Shown here in pieces: positions 1-10,038 of a stretch of DNA of 64,000 nt (positions are counted from its first letter, which is position 1; each line of letters opens with the position of its first letter). The stretch comes from Candidatus Velthaea sp. (lineage in GTDB: Bacteria > Vulcanimicrobiota > Vulcanimicrobiia > Vulcanimicrobiales > Vulcanimicrobiaceae): contig CBDCCS010000021.1 in assembly GCA_965214935.1 (NCBI GenBank), forward strand, positions 239,089 through 303,088, in the 5' to 3' direction. Below the pieces are notes generated by a model, which was not told where the DNA came from, did no database searches, and saw only the letters and a list, made by a program, of their open reading frames with translations. The translations under genes and the position numbers were made by a program.

Positions 1-1
1 C

Positions 2-460
2 GGCGGTGCCGGTACGGGCAGCAGCAACAATACCTCGGATTTTGCGGGCGCCGGCGGTTCGCATGGCTCGATTGGGACGATTAACGCTGCGTCCGCGAAC
101 GTCGGGTCCTCTTCGATGAGCTCGGGTTCGCTCGGCCCGGGTTCGACGGGCGGTTCGGTGGGCGCAAGTTCCGGCTCGACCGGTGCCGGCAGCAGTACGG
201 CCGGTAGCGCCGGTTCAGGGTCGGTCGGATCGAGCGCAGGCGCCGCAACGGGCGGAAGCGCACCGGTCGGTGCGGGTTCGGCAAACGCCGGTTCGGTCGG
301 CTCGGGCGCCGTCGGAACGGGGGCCGGTTCGGGCACGGCCGGCACCGGATCGAATACCGGTGGTTCAAATGGGTCCGGCGCGCGCGGTTCGGGCTCCGGC
401 AGCGCAACCGGCTCCGGCAGTACCGGTTCCGGGAACGGCAGCGGTTCCGTGGGCGGCTAA
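2..460 (+). CDS. C-terminal part of a Gly/Ser/Ala/Thr-rich low-complexity protein (5' end outside window)
   Basis: The frame of ORF 116..460 stays open back to base 2 (GGAGTGSSNNTSDFAGAGGSHGSIGTINAASANVGSSSMSSGS...). The product is almost only G/S/A/T, with a stop at 458-460. No family call is possible by eye. Confidence 0.4.
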   Translation, partial: GGAGTGSSNNTSDFAGAGGSHGSIGTINAASANVGSSSMSSGSLGPGSTGGSVGASSGSTGAGSSTAGSAGSGSVGSSAGAATGGSAPVGAGSANAGSVGSGAVGTGAGSGTAGTGSNTGGSNGSGARGSGSGSATGSGSTGSGNGSGSVGG

Positions 461-475
461 GTACAGATTCGATTC

Positions 476-1834
476 GTGCATTGCGGGCAGAACCAACACT
501 CGGCTGCTCGCGTGCAACCGTTCACAGATATGGAGCCATCTGAGCTGCGGTCAACGCAACGAACACTGTTTTTCGGAGCCGCTGCAATTGCCGTGCTCCT
601 GCTCGGCGCCGGCTGCTCGTCGGGGTCGGCGTCCGGCGCAGCGGAGCCGTCGCCGACGCCCACGATGCCGAGCGTCCGCACCATTGGCGCAGTCGAAGGC
701 ACGATTCACCCGGCGCTGACAATTCCCGGTACGATCGCGCCGAATCAAGTTGCGGCATTGTCGAATGCGATTTCCGAACCGGCGCTGCAGGTCTATGTCC
801 AAGAAGGCGACCGGGTTCGAACCGGTCAGGTCCTCGCGCAACTCGACGTCGACGATCTGCAAGCGAATTTGCAAGCCGCGGAACAGACGGCGCGCGCCGA
901 CGCGGCGCGGACGCAACAAACGCGCTACTCGGCAACGCTGTCTTACGCGCAAGCGCCGGCACAAGATCAGCAAGCTAAAGCGCAACTCGCGCAAGCGCAA
1001 CTGACGCTGCGCGAAGCAACGCTAAATTTACGTCGCGATGCGCAACTCGTCGCGCAAGGCTACCTGCCGCAGCAGAACTATGACGAGCAAGAGGTCGTCG
1101 TTGCAAACGATCAACAAGCCGTGTACTCGGCGGGCGCCGCAGTGCAAAGTGCGGCCGCGAACGTTCGGGTGAACGGTAACGGCACGAGCGGCTTACAGGC
1201 GGCGACCATTGCGCAAGCAAGCGAAGATGCAGCGGCTGCCTATGCAACCGCCGAGCAGCTGCGGCGTCAAATCGCGCGCGCCCATATTGTGAGTCCGGTC
1301 GACGGCGTGGTGATCAATCGCAACCTCAATCCGGGCGAGTATCCGGCCGGCCGGCAGATTTTTACCATCGAATCGGACGCGCAGATGTATGCGATTCTCA
1401 CGGCGTCCGCCGTGCAAGCCTATCAGATTCACCGCGGTAATCGCGTCACGATCGTGCGCGCCGGACTGCCCAGCGGCCGTTTCGTCGGCAATGTTGCCGC
1501 GATACTCGACGCCGCGACAGCCGGCTCGACGAATTTCACGGTGAAAGTGCGCGTGCCGAACGAACGCGGCGTCCTGCGTGCCGGGACGCCGGTCCAAGCA
1601 ATGGTCGCGCTGCAACCGGTTAGCGGCATTGCCGTTCCGGCATCGGCGTTCGTCGATGATTCTCGCACGCGAATCCTTACCGTCGTCGATCGGCGGGCGC
1701 GAACGGTGCACGTAACCGAATTCGCGACCGACGGCGCGACGTCGATCGTCGGCGGGTTAGCGCCGGGTACGCAAATCGTGCGCGATGGATCGGCGGGGCT
1801 GAGCGACGGCCAAGCCGTCGAGACGGCGCGCTAA
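476..1834 (+). CDS. Efflux RND transporter periplasmic adaptor subunit (HlyD/MFP family), probable lipoprotein
   Basis: 452-aa ORF. Hydrophobic N-terminus ends in a lipobox-like LLGAGC. Ala/Gln/Leu-rich coiled-coil hairpin (DDLQANLQAAEQTARADAARTQQ ... QLAQAQLTLREATLNLRR) and barrel motif IVSPVDGVVINRNLNPGEY. The stop lies 1 nt before the RND permease start. ATG 530 is an alternative start. Confidence 0.85.
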   Translation: MHCGQNQHSAARVQPFTDMEPSELRSTQRTLFFGAAAIAVLLLGAGCSSGSASGAAEPSPTPTMPSVRTIGAVEGTIHPALTIPGTIAPNQVAALSNAISEPALQVYVQEGDRVRTGQVLAQLDVDDLQANLQAAEQTARADAARTQQTRYSATLSYAQAPAQDQQAKAQLAQAQLTLREATLNLRRDAQLVAQGYLPQQNYDEQEVVVANDQQAVYSAGAAVQSAAANVRVNGNGTSGLQAATIAQASEDAAAAYATAEQLRRQIARAHIVSPVDGVVINRNLNPGEYPAGRQIFTIESDAQMYAILTASAVQAYQIHRGNRVTIVRAGLPSGRFVGNVAAILDAATAGSTNFTVKVRVPNERGVLRAGTPVQAMVALQPVSGIAVPASAFVDDSRTRILTVVDRRARTVHVTEFATDGATSIVGGLAPGTQIVRDGSAGLSDGQAVETAR

Positions 1835-1835
1835 T

Positions 1836-4800
1836 ATGTGGCTGACCAAACTGTTCTTGCAACGTTGGCCGCTTGTCGTCGTGTTGATCGCCTTCACGAC
1901 ACTTGCCGGCGTGATTTCATTCCGTTCGCTCATCGTTCAACGTTTACCGAATACCGATACGCCGACGGTGGGCATGCGCGTTTCGTATTCCGGGGCGTCG
2001 ACGACGGAGTTGCGCGACACGATCGTTCGCCCGATTGAAGATCAGATCGCCGGCTCGCAAGATCTCACCCATGTCGATGCAACGATTCAGACCGGTTCGG
2101 CGACTATCGGTTCGTACTTCACGCTGGGTTCGAGCGGCGATCAAGATCTCACGCAAATCATTCAAGCATTCAACGCCGCACGCTCGCAATTGCCCAGCGA
2201 CCTTGTTGCGCCGGTCATTCGCATCTTCGATCCGAACGCCGCGACCGTCGTGTCGATCGGCATCACGTCCAAGTCGCTACAGCCGGCGGCGATCGCTTCG
2301 CTCGCCTACGGACAAATCGGGCCGGCGATCGAGCAACTCGGCGGCGTCTCGAACGTTATTGTCGCGGGCAACGTGCAAGCCGCGTACAACGTCGTGGTCG
2401 ATCCCAATGCGCTCTCCGGTTACGGCCTAACGCTCACCGACATCGTGACGACGCTGAGCGCAAATAACATCCGCGCACCGGGCGGCATCGCATATCAACC
2501 CGGCCGCGAAACACAGATCGACGTGCGCGGCGACATCAGTTCGCCGCAGGCCGTGAGCGGCTTAGCCGTGGTGAACGGGACGTCGGGCAGCAGCGGCGGC
2601 GGTAGCGCGCCGACGCTCTACGGTCCGACGCCGTATACGGGTACGTTATACGGCTGGACCCGGCCGGCGCAAAGCATCCTCATCGGTGACGTCGCGAAGG
2701 TAGAAGACAGCAGCGTACCGATTCGCAACTTCGCGTTCGTAAACGGCAAACCGGGCGTTGAATTGCAAGTCCAAAAAAGCAGCGATGCCAGCGAAATCGA
2801 CGTTTCGCAGATGGTCATCAAAGCGCTGCCCGCCCTGCAACGGCAGTTCCCAGCCGTCGAAATGCGCGTCGATTACGTCCAGTCGATCTATTCGCAGCAG
2901 CAAGTCGAAGGCGTCGAACGAACGTTACTCGAGGGCATCGCGCTAACGGCGGTTCTCATGTTGCTGTTTCTGCAATCCTGGCGCAACGCCATCGTCGTGA
3001 TGATTGCGATTCCAACGTCGCTGTGCGTGGCGGTCTTTGCAATGAAGAGCCTGCACTTTTCGCTCGACACGATTTCACTGCTTGCCATGACGCTCGTTAT
3101 CGGCATTCTCATCGACGACTCGACAGTCGTGCTCGAAAACATCACGCGGCACGCGCAGGACGGCGAAGACCGTATGGAAGCCGCGCTCAACGGCCGGTCC
3201 GAGATCGGGACTGCTGCAATCGTCATCACGCTCGTCGACGTCGTCGTGTTCTTGCCGATCGCGTTCATCGGCGGACCGGTCGGCGTGCAACTTTCGGAAT
3301 TCGCCGTAGTCGTTACCGTCTCAACGCTGACGTCGCTGTTTATCTCATTCACCGTCACGCCGACGCTGGCCGGCGTCTGGGCGCTCAAGTCGAAGTGGAA
3401 ACCATGGAAGCCGATCGTTGCCTTCAACACCGGTTTCGATTGGGTGCGTACGCGTTATCACGATCGGCTGCTGCCGGCAGCGCTCGGACAGCCATGGCCG
3501 ATTCTCATCGTTTCGCTGCTGCTCGTCGTGGGTGCATTGCTGTTGATTCCGACCGGCTTGGTCGGCGAAGACTACATTCCGGCGGCCGACCAAGGCGAGA
3601 TCTTTTTCACATTGACCTATGCGCCGGGGACGCCGCTGGAACGCACCCGCACCGTCATCGGGAAAATCGAAGCGGAGATCGATCGAATTCCCGATTTGCA
3701 ATCGGAAGTAACGAACGCGGGCGGCTATAATTCGCCGTTCGGCGGATTTGTATTGCAAGGAAATACCGCGCAGATCAATGTCTTTCTCAAGAACGGCCAC
3801 AAACAATCGACGGCGCACTGGCTGACATACGTCGAGGATCTCGGCCGGCGCTTTGCACCCGATGCAATCGCAATTGCGAAACCGGCAAGCGATCCGACGC
3901 AAGGCGGTCCGCGTCAGCCGATCGACGAGCTCGTGTCGCTGCCGAACGGTGCGGACCCTTCGATGTACGCCGAACGCGTTGCGCAAATTCTCAAGCAGAC
4001 GCCGGGTGCCGTCGACGTCAACGACTCGGCGCAACAGCTGCTGCCGCAGGTCGAGGTCACGTTCGATCGGGCAATGGCGCGCTCGCTGGGTGTTTCGATC
4101 GGCACGGCGTCGACGGCGATCCGGGCGGCATTCGGCGGCGCCGTCGCGACCGAACTCGAATCGCCCAACGGCTTGGTACAGGTCGAGGTGATCTATCCGC
4201 GCAGCGCACAGCAAAGCTTGGCCAACGTTCTATCGATTCCGTTGCGCGCCGCCAACGGCGCGATCGTTCGCGTCGGCGACTTCGCGCAATTGCAATTGGC
4301 GCCCACGCCCGTCGTGATTACCCGGACGAACCGGGCCGACGTCGTGCATGTCGATGCAACCGTTGCGGACGGCTTTAATTTGTCGGACGTCATGCGCGAT
4401 TTCAATCAACGATTGGCGAAACAGAAGCTGCCGCCCGACGTTCGCGTCCAACCGGCCCGCGGCGGACAGCAGGAGCTGATGAGTTTGACGCTAGCCGGAC
4501 TCGGCACGTCGCTGGCTTTGTCGATCGTGCTGGTGTATCTGCTGATGGTCGCGCTCTACAATGACTTTCGCGATCCGTTTGTCATTTTGTTTGCCGTGCC
4601 GGTCGCGGTGGTCGGTGCGCTGGGTGCGTTGTGGATCACGCATCAGACGCTAAATTTATTTTCATTGATCGGCACGCTGCTGTTAGTCGGACTTGTCACC
4701 AAGAACGGGATCTTGCTGGTCGACTACGCGAACACCGTGCGACGCCGCGACGGCAAAGATAAGCGCGAAGCGGCGATCGAGAGCGCGCAGACGCGCTTCC

Positions 4801-5036
4801 GTCCGATCATCATGACGACCGCAGCGATGATCTCCGGGATGTTGCCGCTCGCGCTCGCGCTCGAACCCGGCTCGGCGGTTCGTGCGAGTTTGGGCACCGT
4901 CGTGATCGGCGGCTTGACGAGTTCGCTAGTACTCACGCTTTTTATCGTGCCGATCATGTACGTGTGGCTGACGCCGGATAAACTTCCGGAACCGACGCCC
5001 ATCGGCAAGCAGCAGCAGCAACCCGCGCCGGGCTGA
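1836..5036 (+). CDS. RND efflux transporter permease (AcrB/AcrD/AcrF family)
   Basis: 1066-aa ORF with the typical RND layout: two large periplasmic loops and two TM bundles. Segments include FLQSWRNAIVVMIAIPTSL, LSLLAMTLVIGILIDDSTVVLENI and TRFRPIIMTTAAMISGMLPLALA. Coupled to the adaptor gene. No outer-membrane factor gene is adjacent. Confidence 0.95.
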   Translation: MWLTKLFLQRWPLVVVLIAFTTLAGVISFRSLIVQRLPNTDTPTVGMRVSYSGASTTELRDTIVRPIEDQIAGSQDLTHVDATIQTGSATIGSYFTLGSSGDQDLTQIIQAFNAARSQLPSDLVAPVIRIFDPNAATVVSIGITSKSLQPAAIASLAYGQIGPAIEQLGGVSNVIVAGNVQAAYNVVVDPNALSGYGLTLTDIVTTLSANNIRAPGGIAYQPGRETQIDVRGDISSPQAVSGLAVVNGTSGSSGGGSAPTLYGPTPYTGTLYGWTRPAQSILIGDVAKVEDSSVPIRNFAFVNGKPGVELQVQKSSDASEIDVSQMVIKALPALQRQFPAVEMRVDYVQSIYSQQQVEGVERTLLEGIALTAVLMLLFLQSWRNAIVVMIAIPTSLCVAVFAMKSLHFSLDTISLLAMTLVIGILIDDSTVVLENITRHAQDGEDRMEAALNGRSEIGTAAIVITLVDVVVFLPIAFIGGPVGVQLSEFAVVVTVSTLTSLFISFTVTPTLAGVWALKSKWKPWKPIVAFNTGFDWVRTRYHDRLLPAALGQPWPILIVSLLLVVGALLLIPTGLVGEDYIPAADQGEIFFTLTYAPGTPLERTRTVIGKIEAEIDRIPDLQSEVTNAGGYNSPFGGFVLQGNTAQINVFLKNGHKQSTAHWLTYVEDLGRRFAPDAIAIAKPASDPTQGGPRQPIDELVSLPNGADPSMYAERVAQILKQTPGAVDVNDSAQQLLPQVEVTFDRAMARSLGVSIGTASTAIRAAFGGAVATELESPNGLVQVEVIYPRSAQQSLANVLSIPLRAANGAIVRVGDFAQLQLAPTPVVITRTNRADVVHVDATVADGFNLSDVMRDFNQRLAKQKLPPDVRVQPARGGQQELMSLTLAGLGTSLALSIVLVYLLMVALYNDFRDPFVILFAVPVAVVGALGALWITHQTLNLFSLIGTLLLVGLVTKNGILLVDYANTVRRRDGKDKREAAIESAQTRFRPIIMTTAAMISGMLPLALALEPGSAVRASLGTVVIGGLTSSLVLTLFIVPIMYVWLTPDKLPEPTPIGKQQQQPAPG

Positions 5037-5050
5037 CGACCGAACTCCGG

Positions 5051-6175
5051 CTAGCCGAGATTGAGCAACCACGGCGCAGCCACTCGGCCGGCGCCGGGGA
5101 TCCACCGTGCGACGTTTAGGGCTTGCTGAGCGCCGCTCGAAGTGCCGACCGCCGCGTGCAAAGCACGTTCGACCTGCAGCCGGCGCGCGATCGGCTGCAG
5201 CCGGCGTTCGTAGCATTGTAACGATGCTGCCGAGTAATCGCCGCGTGCGAGAGCCCACAACGCGACATCGGCGGCAAGCGCACCGCTCGCGATGGCGGTA
5301 TGGATGCCTGAACCGCTCAAAGGACTCGCCAGCGAGGCTGCATCACCGGCAAGCATGATTCCGGCGCCGTGCACGGGCGTCGTCCGCCAGCCGAACGGTA
5401 TCGGCCAAACCAGCCGCGCTCCAGCTTCGCGGCCGCCGCGCAATTCCGGCCGTTCTAAGAAACGCGCGAACGCCGCACCTAAATCACCTGATCCCGGCTC
5501 GCCACGGACAAAACCAAGACCGACATTTGCAACACCGTTGCCAAGCGGAAAAATCCAACCGTAGCCGTCGCCGCGCCGGCCGACGTAAAAACGCATCTCC
5601 GTACCTGCTTCCGATACGTTTTCGATATAGACGCGGGCTGCAATGCCGATCTCGGCCGGCCGGCGCGGCGGTATCTCGAGCGTGCGCGCAACCGCTGAAC
5701 CCCAGCCGTCCGCGCCTATCGTTATCGGCGCGCGAAGAGCCGTTCCATCGGTCAACTGTACACCGCACACGGCGCCGTACGCATCGCGCACGGCCGTGAC
5801 GACACGCGCCTGCACGAAAGCCGCGCCGGCCTGGATTGCTGCTGCCACGAGCAGCGCATCGAATATTCGGCGCGGTATGACCCGCGCTCCGAGCCGCCGC
5901 GCCGCGCGAATACCAAGCGTTGCACCGAAACGGGTTCCATCCGGAGCGAAAACAAACGCTCCGCTTAGAGGCTCGGTTTGATCGATCACATCGAGTTCGA
6001 TGGCGCGCCGGCGCAGCTCGCCGATCGCATACGAGCCGATAAGATCGCCGCAGGCCTTGTCGCGCGGAAACATGGCGGCATCGATGAGCACAACGCGCCG
6101 CCCCGCGCGCGCCGCGATCAGAGCGGCCGTCGACCCCGCCGGACCGCCGCCGGCAACGATGATATCAGCGTTCAA
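5051..6175 (-). CDS. FAD-dependent oxidoreductase, geranylgeranyl-reductase family
   Basis: 374 aa. N-terminal dinucleotide fold DIIVAGGGPAGSTAALIAARAGRRVVLID, a KACGD motif, and distal IMLAGDAASLASPLSGSGI typical of this family. Confidence 0.8.
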   Translation of the reverse strand: MNADIIVAGGGPAGSTAALIAARAGRRVVLIDAAMFPRDKACGDLIGSYAIGELRRRAIELDVIDQTEPLSGAFVFAPDGTRFGATLGIRAARRLGARVIPRRIFDALLVAAAIQAGAAFVQARVVTAVRDAYGAVCGVQLTDGTALRAPITIGADGWGSAVARTLEIPPRRPAEIGIAARVYIENVSEAGTEMRFYVGRRGDGYGWIFPLGNGVANVGLGFVRGEPGSGDLGAAFARFLERPELRGGREAGARLVWPIPFGWRTTPVHGAGIMLAGDAASLASPLSGSGIHTAIASGALAADVALWALARGDYSAASLQCYERRLQPIARRLQVERALHAAVGTSSGAQQALNVARWIPGAGRVAAPWLLNLG

Positions 6176-6240
6176 AGTGCGTCGAGCGGCGCTTACGGCT
6201 CAGCGGCGCTTGGACTGCAAACTCCGGGTACAACACAGCC

Positions 6241-6522
6241 ATGTCAGATTCAACGACCGATCCGATTGTCGTGCGCGGCGAACATGCGGCCCTGCGCGTT
6301 TGGCGCGATGAAGAACCTACGAGTGACAAACCCGAAGAATCACGGCCGTATGAAACGCTCGGGTACGTCGTGGCGGGAGCGGTCGACTTGACCGTCAACG
6401 GTAAAACGACAAGCCTGCGAGCCGGTGATGCATATACGGTACCGATGAACGCGCCACATCGCTATATCGTACGCGAACGGTTGACTGCCGTCGAAGCGAT
6501 TGCACCAAGCGCGACGACTTAG
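6241..6522 (+). CDS. Cupin domain protein
   Basis: 93 aa with a single cupin barrel signature (GYVVAGAVDLTVNGKTTSLRAGDAYTVPMNAPHRY). Confidence 0.65.
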   Translation: MSDSTTDPIVVRGEHAALRVWRDEEPTSDKPEESRPYETLGYVVAGAVDLTVNGKTTSLRAGDAYTVPMNAPHRYIVRERLTAVEAIAPSATT

Positions 6523-6744
6523 CTCTTCGAACTGCAGCGCGATCCGCTGACTTCCGGTAGTAAGGGATCGCCGGCATTCGTCTCAAGTTAAGCGTCACGT
6601 CGTGTGCATTGCTAACGAAAAGCGGACGGATTTTACCGGATCCGCCGAATGTCTTGCCTCAAGAATCCCGGTGCACTCGGGTTTATTTGAGCGTTGCCCG
6701 CGATGTCAAGGACGATAACTGCGGCCAACGGCGGCGTTGGATGA

Positions 6745-7164
6745 TCACATCGGGTGCGCGAACCACGTCGTACCGTCGTCGAAATTGACTTGCGATACGT
6801 TGCAAGTCGCAGCATAACTACCGCTAGCCTGACCGGCGAATGTTGGATAGGAGCGCTCGATCGGAAGTCCGGTCGCGAACATGCCGCGATCGGTGAGCGA
6901 GACCGTGTCGCCTTGATAGCGGAATGTAAAGCGGACGGCCGTCGCCGTTGCATGTCGCAGATTGACAAACCGCACGTTCAAGCCGGAGACAAATTCGATT
7001 CGCAAACTATTGAGCGGATCGAGCAATAGTGAGCGACTCGTCACAACGCATAATTCGATGCGCAGCGGCAGGTCGGCGGCAGCCCCGGTGGGCACAGTTT
7101 GCGCCCCAGCTTGTAGCGGAAGCACGGACGCCGCCATTGCGACACACATTGCGAGTCGCCACAT
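6745..7164 (-). CDS. Hypothetical secreted protein
   Basis: ORF 6745..7344 trimmed to the internal ATG 7164. This yields a signal peptide MWRLAMCVAMAASVLPLQAGAQ. No recognisable family. Confidence 0.45.
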   Translation of the reverse strand: MWRLAMCVAMAASVLPLQAGAQTVPTGAAADLPLRIELCVVTSRSLLLDPLNSLRIEFVSGLNVRFVNLRHATATAVRFTFRYQGDTVSLTDRGMFATGLPIERSYPTFAGQASGSYAATCNVSQVNFDDGTTWFAHPM

Positions 7165-7387
7165 TGAGCGGCGGATCGACCGAACGTAGCAGTACCCGAC
7201 ACTGAATCGCTCGGCCGCTACGCTTACCACCGCCAACGAAATCATACCGCTCGGACCGGCCCGCTGAAGCGAAAGTTCCGCGCTACGATGATACAGATCA
7301 TACCCGGCTTGACTAAGCGGCTTGTAACGCGGATCGCAAACCAATCGACGCTATTCTCGTAGCCGTCATAAGCCGGCGGCTGCGACA

Positions 7388-9997
7388 TCACGCTTCTGCC
7401 GTCACCTCATCGAGATCGAACGACTCGATTTCGTAGAGATTCGTGCCGGCTTTGAGCGTGACTTCGATCGGAACGCTCAAGGTCATCGCCTCTTCCATCT
7501 CACGCTTGACCAAGCGGCTGAAGCCGTCGAGTTCGGCGCGCGGGATCTCGAAGACGAGCTCGTCGTGAATCTGCAGCGTCATGACGGCGTTGAAGCCCGC
7601 GCTGCGCATGTGCGCGTCGAGCCGAACCATCGCGAGCTTCATGAGGTCGGCGGCGCTGCCTTGCAGCGGGGCGTTCGTCGCTTCGCGTTCGGCGGCGGCA
7701 CGCAATGCATAGTTTTTTGCTCGCAAATCGGGCATGTAGCGCCGCCGTCCGAGCAACGTCGAAACGTAACCGCGCTCGCGGCCTTCGTCCAAGCAACGCT
7801 CGATATACGCGCGAACGCCGGGAAAACGGTCGAAGTACGCCGTCGTGATCGCGCGCGCTTCGCCGCGTTCGATTTCGAGACGCTGCGCCAAGCCGAAATC
7901 CGACATGCCGTAGAGCAGACCAAAGTTTACCGATTTTGCCATGCGCCGCTGGTTCGGGGTAACGTCGGCAAACGGGCCGATCTCAAAGATCCGTCGCGCC
8001 GTGAAATCGTGAATATCCTGATGCTCGTGGAACGCGGTGCGCATTGCTTCGTCACCCGACAAATGCGCCATAAGCCGTAATTCGATCTGCGAATAATCAG
8101 CCGCCAACAACACGCGGTCCGCCGACGGCGCGACGAACGAACGCCGGATCTGCCGGCCCAGTTCGCTGCGCACCGGGATGTTTTGCAGGTTCGGGTTGGT
8201 CGAGGATAAGCGGCCCGTCGCCGTCGTCGTTTGATTGAAAATCGTGTGCAGCCGGTCGTCGCGCGGATCGACGAGCGTCGGCAAAACATCGATGTAAGTA
8301 TTTTTCAGTTTCGAGACTTCGCGATATTCGAGCACTTTGGCGGCAATCGGAAAACTGCGCGCCAGGCCTTGCAAGATGTCGACGCCCGTCGCGTAGCCGG
8401 TTTTATTTTGCCGGCCCGCCGGTAAGCCGAGTTTGTCGAAGAGCACGCGTCCGAGTTGCTGCGGCGACCCGATGTTGAACGGCTCGCCGGCGATAGCATA
8501 GATTTCGGCTTGTAAGCGCACGACGTCGGCGTCGACACTCACCGAGAGCGCACGCAACTCCGTCGTGTCGAGTTTGACGCCGGCGTCTTCCATCTTCGCC
8601 AGCACGATCGCGAGCGGAACTTCGATGCCGGTGTAGAGCGCGAGCTGGTCGCGTTTTTCAAGTTCCGCGCGTAACACGCCCGTCAGCCGGCCGGCGGCGT
8701 CGGCCGCAGCGGCCGGATCGTCCGCCGCGAGTTCGCGCCGCAGCCATTCACGCGTCGCATCGCCGATGTCCGTATACGCTCGCGACGGATTTAGAACGTG
8801 CGCGCCGATCATCGGGTCGTCGGCAATCGCGCGTGCCGGAACACGCAAAGCCGCGATCGTCGCTTTCGCATCGTAGACGACGAGATCCGGTACGTTCGAC
8901 CAGAGTCGGGCGAAAGCGGAAGCGATTGCCGGTCGATCGAGCGCAGCGCGCAGAAAGCCGACCCCCGTGCGATCCGCGATCGAAAATCCGATGCCGTCGC
9001 CGCGCAGCGCGATTGCAACACGCCGCTCCGACGCCGCTGCGTCGATCAGCGCCGCTAGCTCCGTGAACTCCGCTGCATCGGTCGCTGCCGTAAACGACGC
9101 GTGCGTTCCACCAAGCTGTTCTTCGGGGGCCGTCACCACCGGCGTCGACGGCGGCTCGAGCCGGTTCAGCAACGTCTTGAATTCAAGTTCGCGATACAGG
9201 CGGTAGAGCGCATCGCTCGAGGGTGGGGCGTATGCGGCCAGCTCCCAGTCCAGCGCGATCGGCAAGTTGCGGTCGATGAGCGAAACGTCGCGGCAGATCC
9301 GCGCCTGTTCGCCGAAATCGACGATAAGTTTTTGCAATTTCGGCGAACCGGCGAGGGCCGGATCTGCGAGCAGCGCATCGAGCGATCCGGCGCTCTTGAT
9401 GAGTTTGATCGCGGTCTTTTCGCCGACGCCCGGGATGCCCGGCAGATTGTCGGACGGGTCGCCTTTGAGGCCGCGATAGTCGGGCAATTGCAGCGGTTCG
9501 AGATCGAAGCGCGCGCGCACCGCCGCGGCATCATAGCGTCCAAGCTCGGTGATCCCGCGCCGCGTCGTCAGCACCAGCGTCCGGTCGTCGACGATTTGGA
9601 GCAAATCGAGATCGCCGGTGACGACCGCCACCTGCTGCTGCATCGCTTCGGCTTGGCTCGCGAGCGTTGCGATGACGTCGTCGGCCTCCTCGCCATCGAC
9701 TTCAACGATCGGAATGGCGTACGTCGCGAGAATCTTGCGCACGAGCGCAAACTGCGACCGCAGATCGTCGGGTGTCGCATCGCGATGTGCTTTATATTCC
9801 GGAAACATCGCTATGCGTGCTTTGGGCAAACCCTTATCGAACGCGGCGATAATATGCGTCGGCTTTTCATCGGTGATGATCTTCGTGAGCATCATCGTAA
9901 AACCGTAAGCCGCATTGATCGGCACGCCTTGGGTCGTCGTCAACACCGGCAACGCGAAGAACGCGCGGTAGACCAAGCCGTAAGTGTCGATAAGCAT
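7388..9997 (-). CDS. polA: DNA polymerase I
   Basis: 5' nuclease N-terminus MLIDTYGLVYRAFFALP and HhH motif GIPGVGEKTAIKLI. Polymerase motif A LLAADYSQIELRLMAHLSGD, motif B RRMAKSVNFGLLYGMS, motif C LQIHDELVFE. The Arg-rich 100 aa at the start of the track ORF were judged non-coding. GTG 10042 (GTGA overlap with the upstream stop) is an alternative start. Confidence 0.95.
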   Translation of the reverse strand: MLIDTYGLVYRAFFALPVLTTTQGVPINAAYGFTMMLTKIITDEKPTHIIAAFDKGLPKARIAMFPEYKAHRDATPDDLRSQFALVRKILATYAIPIVEVDGEEADDVIATLASQAEAMQQQVAVVTGDLDLLQIVDDRTLVLTTRRGITELGRYDAAAVRARFDLEPLQLPDYRGLKGDPSDNLPGIPGVGEKTAIKLIKSAGSLDALLADPALAGSPKLQKLIVDFGEQARICRDVSLIDRNLPIALDWELAAYAPPSSDALYRLYRELEFKTLLNRLEPPSTPVVTAPEEQLGGTHASFTAATDAAEFTELAALIDAAASERRVAIALRGDGIGFSIADRTGVGFLRAALDRPAIASAFARLWSNVPDLVVYDAKATIAALRVPARAIADDPMIGAHVLNPSRAYTDIGDATREWLRRELAADDPAAAADAAGRLTGVLRAELEKRDQLALYTGIEVPLAIVLAKMEDAGVKLDTTELRALSVSVDADVVRLQAEIYAIAGEPFNIGSPQQLGRVLFDKLGLPAGRQNKTGYATGVDILQGLARSFPIAAKVLEYREVSKLKNTYIDVLPTLVDPRDDRLHTIFNQTTTATGRLSSTNPNLQNIPVRSELGRQIRRSFVAPSADRVLLAADYSQIELRLMAHLSGDEAMRTAFHEHQDIHDFTARRIFEIGPFADVTPNQRRMAKSVNFGLLYGMSDFGLAQRLEIERGEARAITTAYFDRFPGVRAYIERCLDEGRERGYVSTLLGRRRYMPDLRAKNYALRAAAEREATNAPLQGSAADLMKLAMVRLDAHMRSAGFNAVMTLQIHDELVFEIPRAELDGFSRLVKREMEEAMTLSVPIEVTLKAGTNLYEIESFDLDEVTAEA

Positions 9998-10038
9998 GAG
10001 TTTCGCGCTATCGGGCGCGAGCGGTCCCAGCTGCTGGT

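Noticed and set aside
813-823. GGGTTCGAACC, resembling a tRNA T-arm.
   Set aside because: It lies inside the HlyD-type adaptor CDS with no acceptor or anticodon stems around it. No tRNA-like cloverleaf was found anywhere in the window.
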